From an uncultured virus (IMG/VR IMGVR_UViG_2645728113_000006) (Duplodnaviria; Heunggongvirae; Uroviricota; Caudoviricetes): a stretch of 64,000 nucleotides of DNA. Position 1 is the stretch's first letter; each line of letters opens with the position of its first letter. Shown in pieces: positions 29,656-39,886 of this stretch. The stretch lies in the IMG/VR virus record IMGVR_UViG_2645728113_000006; one strand, written 5' to 3'. The notes under the pieces are model-generated. The model made no database searches. It was not told the origin of the DNA and saw only the letters and a list, made by a program, of their open reading frames with translations. The translations under genes and the position numbers were made by a program.

Positions 29656-30018
29656 CTAGATAAGCGCCTTGGGAGATGCGCCCGTATTCCAGTCCTTTTT
29701 TTGCATCGCCAACATTGCTCGTTCTTTGGTGAGTTGCTTAACGACTGGCGGGGAGTCGCTGACGTATATGTATAAAAAATAGCGACCTTCGGAGTCGAGA
29801 ATGATCTGGAAAACGGTCGAGGCTCGGGTGCTATATCCGTGACTCGTCTTATCCAGAAGTATCTCGTAGGACTGAATACCATATTGAACCAATGTGGCTT
29901 CAAACGCTGCTTTCAGGTCCTCTTTCATCTGGCGAGATATTCGTATGTCGCGGACTATGGAGAAGATGATAAGGGCCGCGAGTGGAGACATCACCACGGC
30001 TGCTGCAATGATAAGCAT
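29656..30018 (-). CDS. Membrane-anchored moron protein
   Basis: N-terminal TM; antisense to the late operon. Confidence 0.55.
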   Translation of the reverse strand: MLIIAAAVVMSPLAALIIFSIVRDIRISRQMKEDLKAAFEATLVQYGIQSYEILLDKTSHGYSTRASTVFQIILDSEGRYFLYIYVSDSPPVVKQLTKERAMLAMQKKDWNTGASPKALI

Positions 30019-30083
30019 CGTCCCGCCAGACACCATTCCCTTGACTCCCTGTACCTTAATGTTTGAGCGGAGTGTAGATCAGC

Positions 30084-30272
30084 ATGAGCAATGTCACCCG
30101 CCTGCGCCACGTGCTCCCGATGAGCCAGGACATCAACAAGGCTTTGTTCGATCTGGATAGCGCCATCATCAAGGCAATCGACGCTGCAAAGGCCGCTGGA
30201 TTGCCTCAGGGCCTAATTGTCGCCGAGTTGCACGGGCACGCCCACGCACAAACCTACATCATGGTGACCTGA
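30084..30272 (+). CDS. Phage hypothetical protein
   Basis: GGAG RBS; abuts the next ORF. Confidence 0.65.
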   Translation: MSNVTRLRHVLPMSQDINKALFDLDSAIIKAIDAAKAAGLPQGLIVAELHGHAHAQTYIMVT

Positions 30273-30527
30273 ATGACCGTCAAGGTTCTTGAGTTCAAGC
30301 GGGAGGAATGGCGCGACGCCGCCAAGACCCTGCGCAAGATTGCCGATGACCTCGACGCCGGCGAGCATCCCGAGTGTACGGTCGGTGCATTGACGCTAAT
30401 CGGCGCGAAGGGAGAGGTGACCGTGTTTGGCCTCGGCCCGAAGTGTGACGACCTGCAGTGTCTCGGTGCGATGCGCCTTGGTGAGCAGAAGCTGATTGAC
30501 GTGCTGCTCGACAGTTCAGAAGGGTAA
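30273..30527 (+). CDS. Phage hypothetical protein
   Basis: LRKIADDLDAG motif; phage codon usage. Confidence 0.7.
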   Translation: MTVKVLEFKREEWRDAAKTLRKIADDLDAGEHPECTVGALTLIGAKGEVTVFGLGPKCDDLQCLGAMRLGEQKLIDVLLDSSEG

Positions 30528-30553
30528 ATTGCTGACCCCGTTCTTCGCCCGCA

Positions 30554-30955
30554 TCAGACTTTCGCTCTTTTCAATGTAAAGGCGAGCATGGCTGTCGAGA
30601 CTATCCCCGGCATCAGAAATATGCATGTGAGCTGGGGTAAATTACGCGTGCAGTAAGCGATGACCATACCCCAAATCATTGCAATCACAGCGCCGGATGC
30701 AAGTAAACGTGCACTGCGCACGACGGGCGCGGCCGCCATTGCAAGTGCATAGATCTTCCATGCTGACCATATCGCGAATGCTGAGATGACTAAGGCGCCT
30801 ATAAGCCCTAGCGTCACGAGCGGAGGATTCTTGCCGACAAAAATGAGCGGGATAAAAAAAGCTACGACGCCGACTGCAAAGAGGATGGTAATTGGTAAAA
30901 AACCGGCAAATGCTGCAATTGTCAGCCCGATGCGTAGCTTTATCAGGTTATCCAT
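30554..30955 (-). CDS. Four-TM membrane moron protein
   Basis: AGGA RBS; hydrophobic helices. Confidence 0.65.
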   Translation of the reverse strand: MDNLIKLRIGLTIAAFAGFLPITILFAVGVVAFFIPLIFVGKNPPLVTLGLIGALVISAFAIWSAWKIYALAMAAAPVVRSARLLASGAVIAMIWGMVIAYCTRNLPQLTCIFLMPGIVSTAMLAFTLKRAKV

Positions 30956-31038
30956 TTCCTACACCTTGAGCTCTATAGCGTTATCGGGCGGACTTATAAC
31001 CGCCAACGCGCCACTATTTCAAGCATCAGAGAGAAGCT

Positions 31039-31100
31039 ATGACAACCAAGCAACCCGACTGGGAGGTAATCGAACGCGCCTACTGGGGCGGGTTGCTTTG
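31039..31100 (+). pseudogene. Possible 5' remnant of an alternative small terminase
   Basis: MTTKQPDWEVIERAY resembles the PDWEAIERAY start of phage small terminases (recalled); similarity lost after about 20 codons. Confidence 0.5.
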
Positions 31101-31392
31101 TTCTATCACCTTCGCACCCAAAGCATCCGCACAGCGTTCAAGGTCATCGGAATCATCTATTACGATATCCCCCTTGGGGAAAGGTGTTGGATGCATCCGA
31201 GACTGGGGCGGGTTCGGCTCAGCGCTAGTCTGAATAACGAACTCCCCAGATTCTTTGCCGTTCTCATGCTGATCTAGGTCTGTCGGTGTCATGTGGGTCG
31301 CCCTGCCGATTGTTCGATTCTCACTGATACCGGCAACCCAACATCATTTCAAGTCCTGCCCAAGCGAGGCACCAAAGTCTCAAGGAACCCCT

Positions 31393-32136
31393 ATGGCGCT
31401 GACAGCAAAACAGCAGCGCTTTGTCGATGAGTACCTGAAAGACCTGAATGCTACGCAAGCGGCGATTCGTGCGGGTTACAGCGCCAAGTCGGCTAACGTT
31501 ATCGCTGCGCAGAACTTAGCAAAACTTAACATCCAATCCGTAATCGCTGATCGCATGGCTGAAAGAGGCCAGAAGGTCGCTATCACTCAGGAAATGGTGC
31601 TTGAGCGTCTATGGATGATCGCCACCGCCAATCCCAATGAGCTGATCGAGCATCGTCGAGGGTGTTGCCGCCATTGCTTCGGTATTGACCATCAGTACCA
31701 GTGGAAGGATGAAGAGGAGCTGCTTAAGGCGGTATCTGATAAAGCCGACCCTGACGATGTGTCGGAGGACGGTGGATTTGGGTTTGACCCAACGATACGG
31801 CCGCACCCCAAGTGCCCAAAATGTAGAGGTGAAGGGTTTGGCTCAATCCATGCTCATGACTCACGCCATGTGAGCCAAGCAGCATTGGCACTGTATGCCG
31901 GTGTGAAGCAGACCAAGGAAGGCTTCGAGATCAAGATGCACGACCAGTTGGCTGCGCTCGACAAGGTGGCCAAGCACCTGGGCATGTTCTCCGACAAGTC
32001 CACCTCGCCACTTGATGATGAACTGAAGCGCCTTGAAGTCGAGAAGCGCCGCGCAGAACTCAAACTGATAGAGAAGGGCGGCGGCAACTCAAACGCCCAA
32101 CTGCTGGCTGATCTGATCGCGAGGTTGCCGTCATGA
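31393..32136 (+). CDS. terS: Terminase small subunit with Cys-rich insertion
   Basis: LTAKQQRFVDEYLKDLNATQAAIRAGYS; CRHC...CPKC. Confidence 0.92.
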   Translation: MALTAKQQRFVDEYLKDLNATQAAIRAGYSAKSANVIAAQNLAKLNIQSVIADRMAERGQKVAITQEMVLERLWMIATANPNELIEHRRGCCRHCFGIDHQYQWKDEEELLKAVSDKADPDDVSEDGGFGFDPTIRPHPKCPKCRGEGFGSIHAHDSRHVSQAALALYAGVKQTKEGFEIKMHDQLAALDKVAKHLGMFSDKSTSPLDDELKRLEVEKRRAELKLIEKGGGNSNAQLLADLIARLPS

Positions 32137-33467
32137 TCACTAACACCGGCAACTTGATGTTCGACCGTCAGTTGTCGCGCTGGTATCCGCTCAAGGATCA
32201 CCCGGTGCAACTCGCCCTGGTGGCGGCTGTGTCGGAAGGCATTCGCTTCCCCCTGGTGCCTGCTGGTCGCCGTAGTGGCAAGACCGAACGATTCAAGCGC
32301 TTCCTTGTTAAGCAGGCATCGGCCTACAACGGAATGTACTTCGCCGCGGCACCAACGCACGCCCAGGCAAAGAAAATCTTCTGGGACGACCTGAAGGCTT
32401 TCACGCTGAGTTGCATGCACAGTCGCCGGCCATCCGAGTCGGACCTGATCATCTACTTGGATAACGGTAGCGAGATCCATGTCATCGGCTTAGACAAGCC
32501 GCAGCGGATTGAGGGTATCCCGTGGACTGGCGGCGGCATCGACGAATTCGCCGACATCAAGCCGGATGCTTGGGAAGCGAACATTCTCCCGGCGCTGAAC
32601 ACCGTCAACCCGACCATGCCGGATTACAGGGCCTGGTGCTGGTTGCTCGGCGTGCCGGACGGCCTTAACCACTACTACGATCTGTGCATGCAGGCAGAGT
32701 CGGGCAATGACCCGAACTTCCGGGTGTTCCATTGGAAGTCTGCCGAGATTCTTCCGGCTGACGTGATGGACGCAATGAAGCGGGCCATGTCTGCCAAGCA
32801 GTTCAAGCAGGAATTTGAAGCATCGTTCGAAACGGCGTCTGGCCGGATCTACGAGGACTACAGCAAGGCGAACACCACGAATGCAGCCATTGAGCCGCAT
32901 GAGCAACTGATGTGGATGCACGACCAGAACTTCACGCCTCTGTCATCCGCCATCGGTGTGCGGCGTAACGAAGGCAAAGACCTTTACCTGCTGGATGAGA
33001 TCGTGCTGATCAGCGCCGTTTCGAAGCAGTCGGCTGCTGAGTTCGTGGACAAGTTCAAGGACCACAAGAACAAGCACGTCCTGATCTATGGCGACCCGGC
33101 GGGCAAGGCTGGCGAGAAGCATGGTCACGCGTCTGACTATACCGACATCGAGGGCGTGTTGAAGGCCAACGGTTGGACGTACACCCGAAAGGTCAAGCCT
33201 GCTCACCCATCCATCAAGGATCGGCAGAACGCCGTTCGGGCGAAGATCCTGACGGCATCAGGTGAATCCAGCCTGTTCATAAACCCGGTCAGCGCTCCCT
33301 GGTGCCACAAGGGTTTGAGTACGGTTCAGCTCCAAGCCGGCTCTACCTTCCAGGAAGACCAGAAAAACGACTACCAGCACATCACCACAGCGATCGGATA
33401 TTGCATCGACGTTGAGTGGCCGTGCACCAAGCCTGTCACCTCCATCAAAATGGGATACGCCCGATGA
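32133..33467 (+). CDS. terL: Terminase large subunit
   Basis: AGRRSGKT Walker A, IDE Walker B, C-terminal nuclease. Confidence 0.92.
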   Translation: MITNTGNLMFDRQLSRWYPLKDHPVQLALVAAVSEGIRFPLVPAGRRSGKTERFKRFLVKQASAYNGMYFAAAPTHAQAKKIFWDDLKAFTLSCMHSRRPSESDLIIYLDNGSEIHVIGLDKPQRIEGIPWTGGGIDEFADIKPDAWEANILPALNTVNPTMPDYRAWCWLLGVPDGLNHYYDLCMQAESGNDPNFRVFHWKSAEILPADVMDAMKRAMSAKQFKQEFEASFETASGRIYEDYSKANTTNAAIEPHEQLMWMHDQNFTPLSSAIGVRRNEGKDLYLLDEIVLISAVSKQSAAEFVDKFKDHKNKHVLIYGDPAGKAGEKHGHASDYTDIEGVLKANGWTYTRKVKPAHPSIKDRQNAVRAKILTASGESSLFINPVSAPWCHKGLSTVQLQAGSTFQEDQKNDYQHITTAIGYCIDVEWPCTKPVTSIKMGYAR

Positions 33468-34882
33468 GCAACGACGTCTCCTTCAAGCGGGCGGAATACA
33501 CGGCAGTGCTGGACCGCTGGGCGACCGTTCGCGATGTCTGCGCCGGCCAGCACCGGGTTATCGATCGGCTGCCGTACATCAACGCGCACGACAAGTCGCC
33601 GGAGAACGAAGATCGGAACCGGGCTTACCGCGAGCGAGCAGTGTTCAAGAATGCCACCGGGCACACCCGTAACGGGCTGCTGGGCCTTGCCTTCCACAAA
33701 GACCCGACGCTGACAGTGCCGAAGAAGCTGGAATATCTGCAGGACAACGCCAACGGCTCCGGAGTGAGCATTTACCAGCACTCACAAGGCACGCTTGAGA
33801 AGGTGCTTGAGGCTGGCCGTCACGGCCTATACGTCGACTATCACCAGGATGACGGCATCGGCGGTCACTCGGTGATCCTGTCCTATTGCGCTGAAGACAT
33901 CATTAACTGGCGCACGGGCATGGTGAACGGTCACAGCGTGCTGACGCTGGTGGTGTTACGTGAGTCTCCGGAAATTCCTGATGGATTTGGCTTCAAGACG
34001 GTTGAGCAGTATCGAGAGCTGGCACTGGAAGCTGACGGGTTCGTCTGTCGAGTCTGGCGCAGGTCCGGTCCTAAAGGTGGCGGGCCGCTCACAGTCACCG
34101 AAGAGTTCAAGCCTGAAGGTGTCACCGGGCGCCTCAAAGAGATCCCGTTCACCTTCGTCGGCGCTCAGAACAACGACCCAAGCATCGACGAGTCGCCGCT
34201 CTACGACATTGCCATGATCAACCTGGGCCATTACCGGAACAGTGCCGACTACGAAGACAGCGTCTTCTGGTGTGGCCAGGCCCAGCCGTGGATCAGTGGC
34301 CTGGATGAGCAGTGGCGCGACTGGATGGAAAAGAACGGTGTCTATGTGGGCTCCCGGGCGCCAATGATGCTGCCAGCCGGCGGCCAGTTCGGTTACGCGC
34401 AGCCACTGCCGAACACGTTGGTCAAGGAGGCCATGGCTGACAAGAACCAGATGATGATCGAGCTGGGTGCCCGGATGGTGGTTGCTTCACTTGCGACCAA
34501 GACCGCCACCGAGTCCCGTGGCGATCAGTCGGCATCGACATCTGTCCTTGCCGGCTGTGTCGCCAATGTCAGCGAAGCCTATACGCGGGCCATCATGTGG
34601 TGTTGCACCTACATGGGCATCGCCGACAAAAAGGTTGCTTACCAGGTCAATCAGGAGTTCGTCGAACTGACGGCTGATCCGCAGATGATCACGGCTTTGG
34701 TTGGCTTGTGGCAGAACGGCGGTTTCGCTAAGGCTGACTTGCGGGCCTACCTGCGCAAACTGGGGCTGATTGCGCCGGAACGCACTGACCAGCAGATCGA
34801 CGGTGAGCTGGAAGAGCAGGGCGACGGCCTGGGCCTGGAAGATGAGGGCAAAGTAGATGGCGGCGAACCAAGCAATACTTGA
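33464..34882 (+). CDS. Portal protein (DUF4055-type)
   Basis: Y..RAVF.NAT; IPFTFVG; synteny. Confidence 0.88.
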   Translation: MSNDVSFKRAEYTAVLDRWATVRDVCAGQHRVIDRLPYINAHDKSPENEDRNRAYRERAVFKNATGHTRNGLLGLAFHKDPTLTVPKKLEYLQDNANGSGVSIYQHSQGTLEKVLEAGRHGLYVDYHQDDGIGGHSVILSYCAEDIINWRTGMVNGHSVLTLVVLRESPEIPDGFGFKTVEQYRELALEADGFVCRVWRRSGPKGGGPLTVTEEFKPEGVTGRLKEIPFTFVGAQNNDPSIDESPLYDIAMINLGHYRNSADYEDSVFWCGQAQPWISGLDEQWRDWMEKNGVYVGSRAPMMLPAGGQFGYAQPLPNTLVKEAMADKNQMMIELGARMVVASLATKTATESRGDQSASTSVLAGCVANVSEAYTRAIMWCCTYMGIADKKVAYQVNQEFVELTADPQMITALVGLWQNGGFAKADLRAYLRKLGLIAPERTDQQIDGELEEQGDGLGLEDEGKVDGGEPSNT

Positions 34883-35942
34883 TGCGACCATCCGGCACGC
34901 GGTCTTCCTCGAAAAGCTCAAGGCCGGGGAGGTGGGCAAGTTCGCTCCCTTCCTCAAGGAGATTGACCGCTCGATCCGTGACCGGCTCACCCAGTCGGAC
35001 CTGACCGAGTACAACACGAAGCGCCTGGAAGCGCTGCTGAAGGAGGTGGATAGCCTGCTGCTGGGCATCTTCGACCGCTACAGCGCGCAACTAAACCTCG
35101 ATCTGGTGGATATCGCCAACTACGAGGCGCAGTTCGAAGCGACAAGTCTGGCCAAGTCGGCGCCGGTAGGTGTGTCGCTGGATGTGGTCGCTCCGACGGC
35201 CGCTGCAATCCGTACCGCTGTACTGACAAACCCGCTCAGTGTGCGTGGCACTGGTGGCGGAAAACTGCTCAAGGCCTTCATCAAGGGGTGGACCGGCGCC
35301 GAGCGTGAGCGCGTCACCGGCACCATCCGGCAGGGCTTCTTCGAAGGGCAGACGAACTTCCAGATCATCCGCGGCATTCGCGGCACCAAGGCGGCAGGGT
35401 ACAAAGACGGCATTCTCGCTACCACCAACCGCAACGCCAGCACGGTCGTGCACACCTCCATTCAGCATGTGTCGTCCCAGGCACGGATGGAGGTGGCCAA
35501 GGCCAATACGGACATCGTGCAAGAGATCCAAATCGTTGCGACGCTGGACAGCAAGACCAGCCAGCAATGCCGCTCACTGGATGGCCGCAGGTTCCCGGTT
35601 GAGTCGGGGCCAAGGCCGCCGTTTCACCCGAATTGCCGAACCACCTTCACCATGCTGACCAAACTAAGCGTTATGTTTGCTAAGGGCGCTACACGTGCTT
35701 CGGTGGGGGCTGACGGTGCTGGGCAGGTCAGTGCGAGCCTCGATTATTACCACTGGCTACAGCATCAACCAGCAGCGTTTCAGGATGTCGCAATTGGTCC
35801 TGTTCGAGCAAAACTGTTCCGTGATGGTGGTTTAACCGTTGAGCGTTTCACCGAGCTGCAGCTTGATCGAAACTTCGCGCCGCTGACCTTGGCGCAGATG
35901 AAATCGCTGGAACCGCTTGCGTTTGAGAGTGCAGGAATATGA
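34857..35942 (+). CDS. Minor head protein (SPP1 gp7/MuF)
   Basis: ATLDSKTS..C..LDG; PPFHPNCR. Confidence 0.88.
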   Translation: MAANQAILDATIRHAVFLEKLKAGEVGKFAPFLKEIDRSIRDRLTQSDLTEYNTKRLEALLKEVDSLLLGIFDRYSAQLNLDLVDIANYEAQFEATSLAKSAPVGVSLDVVAPTAAAIRTAVLTNPLSVRGTGGGKLLKAFIKGWTGAERERVTGTIRQGFFEGQTNFQIIRGIRGTKAAGYKDGILATTNRNASTVVHTSIQHVSSQARMEVAKANTDIVQEIQIVATLDSKTSQQCRSLDGRRFPVESGPRPPFHPNCRTTFTMLTKLSVMFAKGATRASVGADGAGQVSASLDYYHWLQHQPAAFQDVAIGPVRAKLFRDGGLTVERFTELQLDRNFAPLTLAQMKSLEPLAFESAGI

Positions 35943-35956
35943 ATGGCCGAGTTCGA

Positions 35957-36472
35957 TCAGCAGTCTTTTCTCTGGGTATCCAGATCTTCCATGTACTGGT
36001 AGTAAGCGTCTTTCCACTCTGTTACGAGTTTCTCGTACTCATCTTTGATGAACGGCGGCTTTTCAAATGACTTGTAGTCCGCAACCCGAATAGTCAGCCA
36101 GTCGGATAGTTCACCGGATTTTTCGCCTAGCGCTGTTTTTGTTAACAGCATCAACGAATAGCCAGCCCGGGAGAATGCCTCAACGTAAGAAGGTTTTTTC
36201 TCTGCGAATCCAGGTGAGGCGCTGCCAGTTGTTAGAGAAGCGAGGGCCGCCATGAAGTTGTCACTTTTAATCCTGGCGTATTCCTCTCTTTTATCGATCC
36301 GGCTGACACAACTGAGCTTCTCACTTGATCTGGTTGTTTGTGCACTACTAGCCAAGGTGACGACGCTCGTCGCCAACACTCCGGCCAGAGTCATTAGAGA
36401 AGAAAAGGCCGCAATTTTGAATGCGATCTTCAAGTCGGTCCCGGTTTTGTCTTTTGATCCTGCTGATGCCAT
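35957..36472 (-). CDS. Membrane-anchored moron protein
   Basis: Single N-terminal TM; antisense insertion in the head operon. Confidence 0.65.
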   Translation of the reverse strand: MASAGSKDKTGTDLKIAFKIAAFSSLMTLAGVLATSVVTLASSAQTTRSSEKLSCVSRIDKREEYARIKSDNFMAALASLTTGSASPGFAEKKPSYVEAFSRAGYSLMLLTKTALGEKSGELSDWLTIRVADYKSFEKPPFIKDEYEKLVTEWKDAYYQYMEDLDTQRKDC

Positions 36473-36595
36473 TTCAGTTATCCCGTGAAAAAGCGGCATT
36501 GAAAGGGTTCAGCACCAGAAACGCAACGTAACCCGCATTTGCGGGCTTTTTTATGCCTGTAAAGCGGGCGACACATACCCAAGGGGTGCATCAAC

Positions 36596-37324
36596 GTGGC
36601 AGAAGAAAACGAAATCGACCTGGAAAACCCGGCAATCAAGGCCGCGATCGCGACTGCTGTTGAAGCATCAGTTTCGGGTTTGAAAACCAAGAACTCAGAA
36701 CTGCTAGGCAAGCTGAAGGAAACCTCCGGCAAGCTGACCCAGTTCGAAACCCAGTTCGAAGGCATCGACATCGATGCAGTGAAAGGCCTGCTCAGTCGTG
36801 CCGGGCAGGACGAAGAAACCAAGCTGCTGACCGAGGGCAAGGTGGACGAGGTGTTCAATAGGCGCACCGAACGCCTGCGTGGCGACTACGACAAGCAACT
36901 GAAGACCATCAGCGAACGCGCCGAGAAAGCTGAGTCCTTCGCTGCCAAGTTCCAGGGCAAAGTCCTGGGCGACTCGGTGCGCGGTGCAGCGCTGAAAGCC
37001 GGCGCTCTGCCAGAAGCAACCGACGACATCATCCTGCGCGCCAAAGGCGTGTTCACTCTTAACGAAGATGGCGATGCAGTCGCCGTTGATGAATCCGGCC
37101 AGGTCATCCTCGGTAAAGACGGCAAGACCCCTCTGACTCCGCTCGAATGGGCGGAATCTCTGCGCGAAAGCGCACCTCATCTGTGGCCAAGGGCTTCAGG
37201 GACATTTGCCCCGGGCGGGGGTGGCGGCAAGGCTGCATTCAAGCGCTCCGAAATGACCTCCGAGCAGAAGCGCGACTTTCAGCGCAAGCACGGCCAAACC
37301 GCATATCTCGCATTGCCAAAGTAA
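36596..37324 (+). CDS. Capsid scaffolding protein
   Basis: Coiled coil; directly upstream of the capsid gene. Confidence 0.75.
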   Translation: MAEENEIDLENPAIKAAIATAVEASVSGLKTKNSELLGKLKETSGKLTQFETQFEGIDIDAVKGLLSRAGQDEETKLLTEGKVDEVFNRRTERLRGDYDKQLKTISERAEKAESFAAKFQGKVLGDSVRGAALKAGALPEATDDIILRAKGVFTLNEDGDAVAVDESGQVILGKDGKTPLTPLEWAESLRESAPHLWPRASGTFAPGGGGGKAAFKRSEMTSEQKRDFQRKHGQTAYLALPK

Positions 37325-37336
37325 GGGGATTGACCC

Positions 37337-38302
37337 ATGGCTACAACCGTTAACAGCGACCTGATCATCTATAACGATGAGGCGCAAACCGCATACCTGG
37401 AGCGTGTCCAGGACAACCTGGATGTGTTCAACGCATCGTCCAACGGCGCAATGGTGCTGGACAACGAGCTGATCGAAGGCGACTTCCGCAAGCGCGCTCT
37501 CTACAAGCTGAACGGCTCCTTGGAGCACCGCGACGTCAACTCCGACGGCAAGGTAACTGCGAAGAAGATCAGCGCTGGTGAAGCTGTCGGCGTTAAGGCT
37601 CCATGGAAGTACGGCCCGTACCAGACCACCGAAGAGGCGTTCAAGCGCCGCGGTCGTCCGGTCGAGGAGTTCTCCCAGATCGTCGGGGCTGACGTTGCAG
37701 ACGCGACCCTGGAAGGTTTCATCCAGTACGCAACTGCTGGTCTGCGCGCCGCCATCGGCTCCAACGCCGACATGGTGGTCTCGGCCAACATCGAAACCGA
37801 CGGCAAGAAGACGCTGACCCGCGGCATGCGCAAGTTTGGCGACAAGTTCGGCCGGATCGCACTGTGGGTTATGCACTCCAGCGCCTACTTCGACATCGTC
37901 GACGAAGCCATCACCAACAAGATCTACGAAGAAGCTGGTGTTGTGATCTACGGCGGCCTGCCTGGCACCCTTGGCAAGCCGGTACTGGTGACCGACACCG
38001 CGCCGGCGGACGTGATCTTCGGCTTGCTGCCGAACGCGGTCACCATCACCGAGTCGCAGGCCCCAGGGTTTCGTTCCTACGAAGTGAACGACGAAGAAAA
38101 CCTGAGTATCGGTTACCGGGCTGAAGGCACCGTGAACATCGACGTGCTGGGTTACAGCTGGAAAGCAACCACCGGTGGTTCCAACCCAACCCTGGCTGCG
38201 GTCGGTTCCGCTGCTAACTGGGTCAAGCACGCGGGCAGCAACAAGGTCACCGCCGGCGTGATGATCAAGCTGACTGCAACGCCTCCTGTTACCGGCGGCT
38301 AA
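37337..38302 (+). CDS. Major capsid protein
   Basis: Size, synteny, LGKPVLVTD motif. Confidence 0.88.
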   Translation: MATTVNSDLIIYNDEAQTAYLERVQDNLDVFNASSNGAMVLDNELIEGDFRKRALYKLNGSLEHRDVNSDGKVTAKKISAGEAVGVKAPWKYGPYQTTEEAFKRRGRPVEEFSQIVGADVADATLEGFIQYATAGLRAAIGSNADMVVSANIETDGKKTLTRGMRKFGDKFGRIALWVMHSSAYFDIVDEAITNKIYEEAGVVIYGGLPGTLGKPVLVTDTAPADVIFGLLPNAVTITESQAPGFRSYEVNDEENLSIGYRAEGTVNIDVLGYSWKATTGGSNPTLAAVGSAANWVKHAGSNKVTAGVMIKLTATPPVTGG

Positions 38303-38349
38303 GTCTAAAACTCAACGCGCGGTCAGCGATGGCCGCCTTGGAGAAACAC

Positions 38350-38934
38350 ATGGAACTGACTTATAGCAATCAGCTTGACGGCTTTGACCCCGAGAAGCGC
38401 TACCGCAATCCGGAACACTTCGATAAGCCAGAAGCAGGTGTGACCAGCGTGCTGGTGATTGGCAATTGGCCTAGCGTGGTTGATGCGTATGAAACGGCTG
38501 GTATCGACGTGTTGGTGACGGAGGTTAAGCGGGCGCAGATTGTTGGCACTGCCAATCAATCCGAACTGGAACAAATCATCACAGCTTTGCGTGCGGAACA
38601 TGCATCGATTCAGATCCTGGTTGACGGACTGAACGCTGGCGAGATTCATCGTCCCGAAGTCGGTGAGCTGGCAAACCGTCTGTTTGATGTACTCGGCACC
38701 ATCCATGTTTCGGTTGGTGAACTGTCTACCGAGCGCGATGGGCTGCTCTCTACCGTAGATGCGCTTCGCGGCGAGATCGAAGTACTGAAGAAAGCTGCCG
38801 CTACGCCGCTGGCTGATGAGGCTGGCGAAATCGCTTCGCTGAAAGCAAAGCTTGATGAAGCGAGGGTGCAGTACCGTGCCAACGCCTCGAAAGAGTCCCT
38901 GGAAAGACTCGTAGCTGAGTTGCCCAAGGAGTAA
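38350..38934 (+). CDS. Head-associated hypothetical protein
   Basis: GGAG RBS; C-terminal LKAKLD...ASKESL motif. Confidence 0.7.
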   Translation: MELTYSNQLDGFDPEKRYRNPEHFDKPEAGVTSVLVIGNWPSVVDAYETAGIDVLVTEVKRAQIVGTANQSELEQIITALRAEHASIQILVDGLNAGEIHRPEVGELANRLFDVLGTIHVSVGELSTERDGLLSTVDALRGEIEVLKKAAATPLADEAGEIASLKAKLDEARVQYRANASKESLERLVAELPKE

Positions 38935-38993
38935 TACTGCTGGCTGCTGGTGATCAGGCTGCCAATCTTCAAACCATTCCAGCGAGTTGACGC

Positions 38994-39497
38994 ATGACAC
39001 TCATTATCGAGGACGGCACCGGCAAGCCTGACGCCGAAAGCTACGCGAGCGCCGAGGACCTGGCCATGTACGCCGTGAAGTTCGGCACGGTCATCCCCTC
39101 TGGTGTTCCGGCGCAGGAAGCGTTGCTGCGCCGGGCCGCCTTGGCAATGGATGGCATGACCTGGAAGGGGCGCAAGACCAGCAGCGAGCAGGGCTTGTCC
39201 TGGCCGCGGCGGGAAGTGCTGCTGGATCACGAGATCAAGCCGAACAACTACCTCCCGGCGCGCATTCTGTACGGGCAGATGGCCTTGGCCGCTGAGATTC
39301 ATCAGGACGACATCGACCCGGTAGAGAAGCGAAAAGGCGCAGTGTTGCTGGATCGTGTTGAAGGGGCGGTGACGCGGCAGTACGCCGCAATCCCTTCCAC
39401 CAGCAACCGACTGCTGCCAGCGGCTCCGGATCGGCCGAGCGCTACGCAGTTTGCCGACTACCTACAAAAGCGCGGGCTGTTCGCAGTGCGCGCATAG
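38994..39497 (+). CDS. Head-tail adaptor
   Basis: IIEDGTG.PDAESY; QGLSWPR. Confidence 0.8.
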   Translation: MTLIIEDGTGKPDAESYASAEDLAMYAVKFGTVIPSGVPAQEALLRRAALAMDGMTWKGRKTSSEQGLSWPRREVLLDHEIKPNNYLPARILYGQMALAAEIHQDDIDPVEKRKGAVLLDRVEGAVTRQYAAIPSTSNRLLPAAPDRPSATQFADYLQKRGLFAVRA

Positions 39498-39514
39498 TTG
39501 CAACGGAGACCACC

Positions 39515-39886
39515 ATGGCCACCTTCTACGATGAAATGGCCGTGATGGCTCTGGATATGATCACAGAATTTGGCCAGCCCGTGACCATCAGCAAGACTGT
39601 GCCGGGCGAGTACGACCCGGATATCGGCGGCGATGCCCCGGGCGCCACTGTCGAGCAAACCGCCCAAGGCATCCTGCTCGACTTCACCGGCCTCGAATTC
39701 CAAAACAACAGCCTCATCCGGCAGGGCGACAAGAAGCTGAAGATCGCCGCGCAGGGATTGGCCTGGGTTCCCGGCCTGCTCGACAAGGTGGTCGCTCAGG
39801 GACGTACCTGGTCAATCGTTCCCCCGCTGAAAGAGGTCAACCCAGCCGGTACGCCGATCCTGTATGAGCTGCAGGTGCGGTCATGA
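39515..39886 (+). CDS. Head-closure protein
   Basis: Synteny; LIRQGDKK; YELQVR. Confidence 0.75.
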   Translation: MATFYDEMAVMALDMITEFGQPVTISKTVPGEYDPDIGGDAPGATVEQTAQGILLDFTGLEFQNNSLIRQGDKKLKIAAQGLAWVPGLLDKVVAQGRTWSIVPPLKEVNPAGTPILYELQVRS

